Shown here in pieces: positions 6,465 to 14,580 of a stretch of DNA of 21,004 nt (positions are counted from its first letter, which is position 1; every line of letters begins with the position of its first letter). Origin of the DNA: a virus; IMG/VR virus record IMGVR_UViG_3300031578_000010, positions 69,428 through 90,431 of that record, one strand, 5' to 3'. The translations under genes and the position numbers were made by a program. The notes beneath the pieces were generated by a model, which saw nothing but the letters and a program-made list of their open reading frames with translations, did not search any database and was not told the origin of the DNA.

Positions 6465-6558
6465 CCGCTATTTTTCTCGCTTTACCAAAGAGGGGAGGGT
6501 CCAAGGAAGGGATGTACCTGTTCATGCAAGTTTGCATCCTCATAGGCGCCAGCGCCAT

Positions 6559-6786
6559 TTAGGCAAGAATTTTGAACAGGTCCCATGCCCGATTTAATAC
6601 CGCTTTTATAGTATCTTCTGCGAGTTTATTATCCTCCAAATCCTGCACTGCCTTTGTGAAAATAGCGATGGCGTCGGCAGGAGTAAAATCGTTCTTTGCC
6701 ACGCTGGGATTTAAACCCATCTTCTTGAAATATTCCTTCGCCTTTTCAAGGGGCGATTCTAAGTCGGCCTTTTCTTCCACGGCCAT
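6559..6786 (-). CDS. Hypothetical protein (75 aa)
   Basis: Starts 1 nt after the upstream stop; helical, protein-like composition. Confidence 0.75.
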   Translation of the reverse strand: MAVEEKADLESPLEKAKEYFKKMGLNPSVAKNDFTPADAIAIFTKAVQDLEDNKLAEDTIKAVLNRAWDLFKILA

Positions 6787-6787
6787 G

Positions 6788-7204
6788 TTACTTGCCTTTC
6801 AATTTGTTGATAAATTCCTGTATTTCCGGCGCGCTCTGGTTCACTGTCTGTATCGCCGCCAGCACTTCTTCGATTGTCAAGGTTTTATTGTGGACCCAGT
6901 CATGTGCCAAGGCGACGAATTTCCCGTTTATAATTGTTTGTTCCTTCAGCGTCGAAACCTGTTCCTCTACATTGCCCAGAACAGCCGTTCTTGTCACCTC
7001 ATCCATTTCGCCGGCTGTAACCTGTTTCTGTGTATCCTGCGAAATGAACTTGTAGTAATTGGAAGCTAGGATATCCACGTTCGCGTTCAGGTTGCCCGAA
7101 TTCTCCAGAGCTATTTCTGTTGACCGGATATAGCTTTGGGGAGTTGGACAACCGACCAGAAAAACCAAAGCGAAAAGGACCAAGAATAGGCAGGGAGTCT
7201 TCAT
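6788..7204 (-). CDS. Putative lipoprotein (138 aa)
   Basis: Signal peptide MKTPCLFLVLFALVF with lipobox LVG-C. SD AGGAG. Confidence 0.85.
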   Translation of the reverse strand: MKTPCLFLVLFALVFLVGCPTPQSYIRSTEIALENSGNLNANVDILASNYYKFISQDTQKQVTAGEMDEVTRTAVLGNVEEQVSTLKEQTIINGKFVALAHDWVHNKTLTIEEVLAAIQTVNQSAPEIQEFINKLKGK

Positions 7205-7214
7205 TTCTTCTCCT

Positions 7215-7628
7215 TTAAAATCGAGGAAATCTTCCAGTATCCCGCCTCAACTGTTGGGCGGCTATTGCTACTTCGATCGACTCGGGAAGTTCATTTACTT
7301 TCTCGGGAGTGCCAATAAAATCAAACGCTCTGGAGCCAACAAATTGCTGCCTTGAAATGGCACAACTTTCAGCCAAAGCTCCATTTAATATAACTTCAAT
7401 ATCTTCAAACCTATTCGCTATAAAGTTTGTAAAAGCCAAAGCATCAAGTTCAGGGACTTCTATTCCACAAACAACGACTGATATATTCATATTTTGCAGA
7501 ATATGAATAGCGCTTTGAGGATTATTAACATAGATGATATCCCATTTCTCCTTAGCCTGTTTCAACAATTCCTCGAATTGTGAGAGATTCTTCTCGTTTT
7601 CAATAATCAAAACCTGAGGTTTTTCCAT
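7215..7628 (-). CDS. Single-domain pseudo-receiver (CheY-like REC fold lacking the phospho-acceptor Asp)
   Basis: VLIIEN...VVVCGIEVPELDA...EVILNGA...AFDFIGTP aligns with the REC consensus VLIVDD...LVLLDIMMPGMDG...PVIMLTA...ADDYLTKP. Confidence 0.8.
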   Translation of the reverse strand: MEKPQVLIIENEKNLSQFEELLKQAKEKWDIIYVNNPQSAIHILQNMNISVVVCGIEVPELDALAFTNFIANRFEDIEVILNGALAESCAISRQQFVGSRAFDFIGTPEKVNELPESIEVAIAAQQLRRDTGRFPRF

Positions 7629-7641
7629 GACGTGCTCCTCT

Positions 7642-7908
7642 TTATTTCAGAATAGTTGCCGCAATGGTCACTCCCATTCCAGCGATCGCCCCAACAATGC
7701 CAGCATATATTGCCGCTTTAACTTTTAATATCGCTATCTCCATACAATGTTGAGCTATCTTTTTATTAAGTTCATCCAGTTTAATAACTAAGGTATTCTG
7801 CTTCTCTCGGATATATTTCAAGTCTAATTTGACTTCAGCCTTGAATTCAATCATCTTATCCCGATCTTCTTGTTCGTTATTCGACAGCGTCATTTTAATC
7901 TCGTTCAA
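7642..7908 (-). CDS. Coiled-coil protein with C-terminal TM helix (XhlA-like holin/hemolysin architecture)
   Basis: Heptad-rich N-terminal part and hydrophobic C-terminal AAIYAGIVGAIAGMGVTIAATIL, positioned after the tail-fibre genes. The start is uncertain (TTG 7908 or a downstream ATG). Confidence 0.65.
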   Translation of the reverse strand: MNEIKMTLSNNEQEDRDKMIEFKAEVKLDLKYIREKQNTLVIKLDELNKKIAQHCMEIAILKVKAAIYAGIVGAIAGMGVTIAATILK

Positions 7909-8312
7909 AGGGAGGCTTCAAGCCCAGAAATTCTCTGAATAATAATTTCCTTGACTTCATCCCATTTCGGGCCTGACATTCCGGCCGCCTCCGCCTTATA
8001 AGAATATAATTTTAATAACTGAAAACGAACGGATAAATCTCTGGCTTTATCGGTCCTTTCTGTGATAGCGCTATTTAATAATTTGCATATAATATTTCCT
8101 GTCTTTTTATCGATAGTGTAATCTGCCAAACTTGTTCCAGACTTGAAGTGAATTTCATCCTTTCCCGTTATATCCCAAACTGAATAATCAGGTTCAGGAT
8201 ATTTGGCCTGAACGTTTGCTACATCCTTTGAACGAGTTATAATAAATAAAGAGTTGGCCTCATTATGTACAACAGCAAAAGATTTGCCAAAGGTTATTTT
8301 TTTATCTGCCAT
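7905..8312 (-). CDS. Hypothetical protein (135 aa), positionally a tail-fibre chaperone candidate
   Basis: Directly after the fibre gene, with SD AGGAAG. The function is inferred from position only. Confidence 0.7.
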   Translation of the reverse strand: MADKKITFGKSFAVVHNEANSLFIITRSKDVANVQAKYPEPDYSVWDITGKDEIHFKSGTSLADYTIDKKTGNIICKLLNSAITERTDKARDLSVRFQLLKLYSYKAEAAGMSGPKWDEVKEIIIQRISGLEASL

Positions 8313-8323
8313 TTTAACTTCCT

Positions 8324-10567
8324 TTAAAAGCTGTGTGAATCTGCCCTCTCTTCTGTGAATTCTTTGTAACCTCGGACATATATTCCGGCCTCGTAAGCAC
8401 CAGTCGATCCGCTTACGACACAGTTATAGAAAATAGCCTGAATATCATCGGTATCGCACCAACCAACACTTTCGTCATTACTTATCGAATCCCCCGTATC
8501 AGAAGCAACCTCACAATAAATTTTCCAGGCAGCAGATAAAGGGGAAATGGGAGTCGCATCCTGCAAGGGCAGATTTCCAGAAACAGGATGAGGCGGGGAA
8601 ATATAAATTCCTAAACCCGCATCATCATGAACATTAGCATGAATATTAAAGAATGCCCTCATCGAAGTTGGTGGCACACGAGTTGCAACAGATATGTTTC
8701 CGGATGTAGTTGAAATAGGAACACTATAAACAAGTTGCTCTTGTTCATATTCTACGTGGTTCCCAACCTTCCTCATCGGAACAATTTCCCACGATAATGC
8801 CTGGCCATTTCTTACATATCCGATGAATTTATACCAGACGTATCCGTTCCCAACAAAATCATATTCATTCGCCTTACCAGTTAAAGCAAAAACTGGCCCA
8901 TTGAAGGGGTTTCTTGTGGGGGCGCCATAAACAAGGGCGGCTGTTTTAGTCCGATTTGCATCAGCATTGACTTTCCAAATAACCCAAACGGGGAACCAAT
9001 CAACGGAAGGGGTGGGAGAATGAGCCAAATCATTATCCTCGCCCCCCAATCCCGGATTAGCCCCGAATGTAACAGCGATAGGATAATTACCTATACTGAT
9101 CCTCCATCTTCCGAAGTTTAAATAAGAAGGAGACATACCATATCCCTGCCAATTTCCAAATCCATTAAACTGATGCAACCTGTATTTTGTCTGCCAATTC
9201 CCATCTTCTGGCAGGAATATAATAGATTGCTCTCCCGCCAATCCTTTTAACCTGCTCCCCAATTCGAGTTCCTTGAGCATCCCGTCTGTATGACTAAATA
9301 CATCAAGGCGGGCCCCAAGGTTTGGCAAAGTTCCTCTTGCCGTTGTTTGTTCTGCTTCAACTGAATTAAGGCTTCTTGTTGCGTCGGTTTCCCAGTCGGC
9401 GGAACCTTTAGCAACTTTTAATTCATTTCTTAATCTATTTAGATCATCCTCTAAATCTCCAGCGGCTGCAACAAAGGTATCATCATATACCAAAGATTTA
9501 TATATTTTAGATTGCCTTATATCCGCAGTAGCAACGACATTAACATTTGCAACAACATCGGCCTGTAAATAGCCATCGAGATCCAGAGAAACAAGAAGGC
9601 GGGCAGCAAGCGAAACGGCGTTCCCTCTGGCTGCGACTATTTCAGCAGCAATTGCAGCAATAGCGAACAGGTCGCGCCAAACGAGATCCGTAATAGTGGG
9701 GCCAGTAGGCGGAGCGTGTCGAATAGTGTTGTCGCCATTCTTTCGGAATAGCCGGGCAATCCCAAAATACCAATGAATATTTCCATCAGGATCAGTATAA
9801 GGTCCGGCGGCTATTACCGAAGTATTTTCTCTAACCCCAATTACATGATGAACCTTTCCTCGCAAGGCAGAAGCAAAAGGAGTTCCGCCAGTAAGAGGGT
9901 GCAGCAAATTAGTATCTTCTGTCTCATCCTCCTCATCTATATAAACGTCAACATAGACAGTATCCGTTCTATCGCCCGCCCCAGGCGTTGAAGGGTCTAC
10001 TCTAAAATAATCGCCGGCAGCAGCGACAGTTGTCATATCTCCTGCGGAAATAGTTATTTCATTAATTGTGTTGCTTAATACTGTAAAGCCTGTTCCGCTT
10101 GTTACATTAGGATATATCGTTCTGCCAGCGAATTCATTGACTATCCAGTTTGCGGAGGTATCTGTTAACTTTGTTGCTGTGAGGCCAGTCGATAGAGAAT
10201 GAATTAATACACCATCAACTAAAGAATTCGTATCCCATTCAATAAATGTTGGCGACAGGATACATTTTAATCCATGCAACCAAAATAAACCCGCGCCTTC
10301 GGGGCTCCCGGTTCCATCCCCCCCTCCTACTTTAAAATTATTGACATTGCTAATAATAGATTCTTCTATTTTAAACATAGTAGAAGAAGGCGAGCCATCT
10401 CCGAACAATTGCTGTACTCGCCTTAAATGAGTCCATATCGCCATCATGCCATCATTTATATCCGCATCCACAAGAGGTTTATTGGGCCCCCTTTGGAAAA
10501 GAGGATAAGCATATTCTTTCAGTTCATCGAACATGTCTCGCGAATACTGGCCATTGTGCGAACCCAT
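8324..10567 (-). CDS. Tail fibre protein with DUF6519-like N-terminal domain (747 aa)
   Basis: YSRDMFDELKEY...FQRG..PLVDADIND and RTDTVYVDVY...ED..L..LTGG resemble the eCIS-associated DUF6519 N-terminus. Two ExxxARG...LxARL fibre repeats. SD AGGAGG. Confidence 0.75.
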   Translation of the reverse strand: MGSHNGQYSRDMFDELKEYAYPLFQRGPNKPLVDADINDGMMAIWTHLRRVQQLFGDGSPSSTMFKIEESIISNVNNFKVGGGDGTGSPEGAGLFWLHGLKCILSPTFIEWDTNSLVDGVLIHSLSTGLTATKLTDTSANWIVNEFAGRTIYPNVTSGTGFTVLSNTINEITISAGDMTTVAAAGDYFRVDPSTPGAGDRTDTVYVDVYIDEEDETEDTNLLHPLTGGTPFASALRGKVHHVIGVRENTSVIAAGPYTDPDGNIHWYFGIARLFRKNGDNTIRHAPPTGPTITDLVWRDLFAIAAIAAEIVAARGNAVSLAARLLVSLDLDGYLQADVVANVNVVATADIRQSKIYKSLVYDDTFVAAAGDLEDDLNRLRNELKVAKGSADWETDATRSLNSVEAEQTTARGTLPNLGARLDVFSHTDGMLKELELGSRLKGLAGEQSIIFLPEDGNWQTKYRLHQFNGFGNWQGYGMSPSYLNFGRWRISIGNYPIAVTFGANPGLGGEDNDLAHSPTPSVDWFPVWVIWKVNADANRTKTAALVYGAPTRNPFNGPVFALTGKANEYDFVGNGYVWYKFIGYVRNGQALSWEIVPMRKVGNHVEYEQEQLVYSVPISTTSGNISVATRVPPTSMRAFFNIHANVHDDAGLGIYISPPHPVSGNLPLQDATPISPLSAAWKIYCEVASDTGDSISNDESVGWCDTDDIQAIFYNCVVSGSTGAYEAGIYVRGYKEFTEERADSHSF

Positions 10568-10580
10568 TTGAACCTCCTGT

Positions 10581-12122
10581 TTACGGGAACTGAATTTTGA
10601 AATCTACTATGTAACGAACCTGGCCATTTATATATCTTATCGGGAAGAACTTTTCACATAATAAAGTTCCTGCACTCAGCGTATTTTCAAATAAACCTGC
10701 CTCCCTATTATATAAATTAGTAAAAGTCTCTAAATCCATAAAACATCTGACAAGAAGTTTATTAGTTGGCGTTGTAGTAGGATTATCAGATCCATCAAGA
10801 TAAACTACATTTCGAGGCACATCCCTGAAAACTTCATTCTGTAAAGCGGTATCTGTTGGGCTTTCAGAAGGGGGAGCCGAATAATAATCCCAATCATCGT
10901 CTCCGCTTCCAAGGGCAAATTCTTCAAAGTAATCCGGCAGAGTAGGGAAGGGGAATGGACCAGAACCTATTAACGCCACACCCGCTGTAGTAAAGTCCGC
11001 AGGATAATTTAAATCAATAGTTTGATGTACTATTAAAAACACCGTATCAAGTATACAGAAGAAATCTCCCACAATATCTTCAAGTTTAAGCATCTGTGAT
11101 GAAGTTATCTTTAACAGAATATTTGCCGCTATATTTATAGCAATTTGATTAAACCCGATAGATGACTCCGCAGTTATATCACAGAAGACAAAGATATCGC
11201 TTAACGCTGTCAAGAAATTTACATTCCTAACTATATCCGTAGTATCGATTAAAGTACACTGAGGATAGCCATTTAAGTCCAGAACTTCATCAGGAGTTAT
11301 TATAGTTACAGTATGACCCATTAATATGTCATTGATCATATCCTCCGTAATATCCCGCCTGCCTTTTTTCTTATATAAATCCGGAAGCCTCTTTATCTCT
11401 GCCCTGGAATTAACAACGGGGAGCTCAAAATCAAACTTCCATCCATATAGCTTCGCCATATAATCTAAATACTGTGGCGACGTTCTATCTATATCAAAAA
11501 TTGGCCCCAGCCCATCCCTTGTTGCCAAAGCCCGAATTCTTGAAAGAGCCTCATTAAAAAATATATTCATTATTTTTAAGAAACGCCTGAACTCTCCTTG
11601 TTGTGTTTCTCCGTCTTCTGCCAATAATATCTTTTCTTCAGAATCCAAATCAACAGGAGATAAAGCCTGTTGCCTTGAACCCGCCCTTAGTTTATCTAAA
11701 GCCCGATATATTTCTGGCAATTCATTATAAAATTTATCCTGCTTTTCAGATTTAGTGTCGAGGGCAAGTTCTACGATTTCGGTCAATCTCGTCGATATCC
11801 ACCATGCACCAAATAAAGAGAAAACCTTATAATAATAAAATTCTGGAGCATAGTCAGGGAAATCGGTGAAGGTTTCAACTTCCGTATCAGTTGAATCAAG
11901 AAGTATTTTTCCATCTGTTTCGTCCGCAGGATATGAACCCATTTTCCTAACAAGTCTTATTTTAATAAGGGAGCCATACAAGAGAGGTTTTATCCAATTC
12001 AATATAATTTGCGGTCCTTCAATTCCTCTTCTGGAAGATAGCCCGCTTATAGTCATGTTGGCAATATTCGGAGGAACATATATAAAACTAAAAGGACCAG
12101 TAATATAAGTAGATGTTGACAT
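10581..12122 (-). CDS. Baseplate wedge / phage tail protein (P2 gpI-like core) with FN3-like N-terminal domain (513 aa)
   Basis: FYNELPEIYRALD...FRRFLKI...FDIDRTSPQYLDYMAKLYGW...RAEIKRLPDLYKKKG is a typical wedge motif. N-terminal LNW.KP...YYYKVFS is FN3-like. C-terminal ALGSG...TDTALQNEVFR...REAGLF resembles a fibre-attachment domain. Confidence 0.78.
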   Translation of the reverse strand: MSTSTYITGPFSFIYVPPNIANMTISGLSSRRGIEGPQIILNWIKPLLYGSLIKIRLVRKMGSYPADETDGKILLDSTDTEVETFTDFPDYAPEFYYYKVFSLFGAWWISTRLTEIVELALDTKSEKQDKFYNELPEIYRALDKLRAGSRQQALSPVDLDSEEKILLAEDGETQQGEFRRFLKIMNIFFNEALSRIRALATRDGLGPIFDIDRTSPQYLDYMAKLYGWKFDFELPVVNSRAEIKRLPDLYKKKGRRDITEDMINDILMGHTVTIITPDEVLDLNGYPQCTLIDTTDIVRNVNFLTALSDIFVFCDITAESSIGFNQIAINIAANILLKITSSQMLKLEDIVGDFFCILDTVFLIVHQTIDLNYPADFTTAGVALIGSGPFPFPTLPDYFEEFALGSGDDDWDYYSAPPSESPTDTALQNEVFRDVPRNVVYLDGSDNPTTTPTNKLLVRCFMDLETFTNLYNREAGLFENTLSAGTLLCEKFFPIRYINGQVRYIVDFKIQFP

Positions 12123-12550
12123 TAGTAATCAACCTCTATTTTTAACCATATTTGATTTGCAGGAGGAGAAACAGGAATTATAACAGGAAGATTAAAAACC
12201 TCTCCGCCTGGAGTCCCGATAGCAGGAAAAGAAAATAGAGCGTCCGAAATTAGAATTCCTCCTGACATCCAAGGACCAGTCGGCGAATAACCATAATAAA
12301 GGGCATCCAGAACGATGGGGCCGCCTATTGAATTAAATACTTTTCCTCCCACATCCACTACATCTTGCCCAGACCTTTGAACTCCTGAATATATTCTCGT
12401 TTCTACAACAGCTGAAGAATCGATAGCAACGTCGGCATCCTGTTTATCTATTTTATTATTTCCAGATATAAGAACATCCGCGAAGGAAGGGCTATAGCCT
12501 TTGTTCGGGCCAAACAACAAAGCGGCAAATTGTGTAGCATAATTAGGCAT
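12122..12550 (-). CDS. Hypothetical beta-rich structural protein (142 aa)
   Basis: Translationally coupled within the baseplate operon. Confidence 0.75.
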   Translation of the reverse strand: MPNYATQFAALLFGPNKGYSPSFADVLISGNNKIDKQDADVAIDSSAVVETRIYSGVQRSGQDVVDVGGKVFNSIGGPIVLDALYYGYSPTGPWMSGGILISDALFSFPAIGTPGGEVFNLPVIIPVSPPANQIWLKIEVDY

Positions 12551-12552
12551 AA

Positions 12553-14580
12553 TTATTCCGTATCAACGGAAAGGCCGATCACCTTGTTTATTCCAGCCCC
12601 AAGATCAGTTATATGATCCCAGGCAAAAAGATGCTCCATTAAACCATCGTATAAACCAAGACTGCCCGCCCCAGCGACTATTATATCATTAAATCCAGGT
12701 CCAGGATCAGCGGCACACCAAGTGGTTGCAAAGCGGCCAAGGCATCCTGCCCATATTTGTGCAGGTTCGGGATATAACGTTCCAGTTCCGGGATCTATTA
12801 CCTCGGGGGCGCCAAGAGGATCGACAGTAATAGTGAATGCTCCCGCTGCATCTCTCTCTATTCTAATCCTCGTTCCCTCGACTGGATTAAAAGTAGCGGC
12901 AGCAGAATAGACAATATTAACATTTTTCCTCATAACATAAGCTTTTATATAGTAAGGAGACGCACCGGTCCTATAAACTTTGAAGCCGTATCCTTCATTT
13001 GTTGCGATTTTTACCTGGCCATTTAAAGTATAATCTTCGGTGGCGTCTAATTCAAGGCTGGCTATATCCTGAATAATAAAATCTATCTGAAAAGCTCCGG
13101 TCATATAATATTTAGATTTTATAAATACGCCAGACTGATTGCCACCAACCTGAGCAAGAGACCCGAAATGAACGCCTCCTCCGCTTTGAGAAATAGGATA
13201 TAAAGGAGGGGCAGCCTGATAACCCGGCCCAAAATCCAAAGTATCATAATAGGTATATTGAACAACCTTTTCCCATTTTTCTAAATCAAGGCTTGCCCCA
13301 CTAAAATCATCCGAAAGATCTGCAATAGCCGAAATTCCCGCAGGTTTACTTATTAAAGATACCTTTCCCTCTGATCCCACTCCTGCCATTTCTGTGCAGA
13401 CATGATAAGGAGGATTGTCTGGCGTTTCGCTATAATCCCGATATCTTGGATCTATATCAACATCATCATTATTAGATAACTGGGCGACTTCCACGCCTAA
13501 GGAAGCATAAGAAGAAGGAATAGAATCGGCAGCTGAAGCTATTTGAGCCCCCGACCCAAGTTCATCATATAAAACTCCGGAATAAGGATATATTGCCTCT
13601 GCGCCATCGGAAACCCAATCAAAAGCAGTCTCATTAAACTCGTAACATTCCCATCCGCCAGCGGTTTTATAATTGCAACGAATCAAGAAAACTTTTTCTG
13701 TCACTCCCGTATCATCTCTAACCTCAAATATTTTTCCATTAGTTGCTGCTGGGGAGGCTTTCCAGCCCGCAGGAATAACGTCGGGCGTTCCTGAGCCATC
13801 CCATTCTGTCGCAGTTCCAAGAACAGTATCCAATAAATAACACCGAGCCATCCAAGTTCCGGCATTGGAGTGATGAACAAGAAGAAATAGCTTATCGTTA
13901 AATTTAAACATAGCAACAGAAGTCGCCGTCGCCAAAGCCGATGCGCTTTCTGTCAAAACAAATCCCGAACCTATATTATTAAATACTCCGCCTGAATATA
14001 ACTTTAAATAAGAAGTTCCTCCAGGAACTATTTGAACGCCATACATATTATTTTCAAATTCGCACATTTTATGAACAACTGTTGAAGCTAGCGTTGAAAA
14101 GGAACCGCTAAAAGGATAAGATAATATATAGACGACTGAGGCCAATGGCGAAGACATGAAAATAAGATCTCTGAGCCGCGCCCAATCGTTGAGAGAATTG
14201 CTAAAGGCTGTAGCATCTCTTGTATCATTATAGAAAACACTTGGACCGGTTGCACGCCCAGAAGTATTTATTTTTAGAACCAAATCTTTAAAAGCTAGGA
14301 TATAGGTTGCAAGAGTAGGCAAACCTAATCCCAAATGAGCTTTTGATAATCCGTGATTGTAGGAGGCCCATCCATAAGCAGAAGAAGAGCCCCTTCCTTG
14401 TGGAATATAGACATGCCCGCCGTGAACCATCGCCTGCCTGGCACAAGTATCTAAAGCGGCAAAAGCAACATCTTCCTCTATATCAATAGCCGCCGATCCT
14501 CCTGCCACTATTTTCAAAAGGCTCCCTGCTCCTGCGGGACTTCTATACGTTCCAACCATAATTGAGTGAGTAAGAGCCAT
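12553..14580 (-). CDS. Hypothetical virion protein (675 aa), candidate receptor-binding or baseplate accessory protein
   Basis: Long G/S/A/aromatic-rich, beta-strand-like ORF coupled to baseplate J by TAATG. Confidence 0.75.
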   Translation of the reverse strand: MALTHSIMVGTYRSPAGAGSLLKIVAGGSAAIDIEEDVAFAALDTCARQAMVHGGHVYIPQGRGSSSAYGWASYNHGLSKAHLGLGLPTLATYILAFKDLVLKINTSGRATGPSVFYNDTRDATAFSNSLNDWARLRDLIFMSSPLASVVYILSYPFSGSFSTLASTVVHKMCEFENNMYGVQIVPGGTSYLKLYSGGVFNNIGSGFVLTESASALATATSVAMFKFNDKLFLLVHHSNAGTWMARCYLLDTVLGTATEWDGSGTPDVIPAGWKASPAATNGKIFEVRDDTGVTEKVFLIRCNYKTAGGWECYEFNETAFDWVSDGAEAIYPYSGVLYDELGSGAQIASAADSIPSSYASLGVEVAQLSNNDDVDIDPRYRDYSETPDNPPYHVCTEMAGVGSEGKVSLISKPAGISAIADLSDDFSGASLDLEKWEKVVQYTYYDTLDFGPGYQAAPPLYPISQSGGGVHFGSLAQVGGNQSGVFIKSKYYMTGAFQIDFIIQDIASLELDATEDYTLNGQVKIATNEGYGFKVYRTGASPYYIKAYVMRKNVNIVYSAAATFNPVEGTRIRIERDAAGAFTITVDPLGAPEVIDPGTGTLYPEPAQIWAGCLGRFATTWCAADPGPGFNDIIVAGAGSLGLYDGLMEHLFAWDHITDLGAGINKVIGLSVDTE

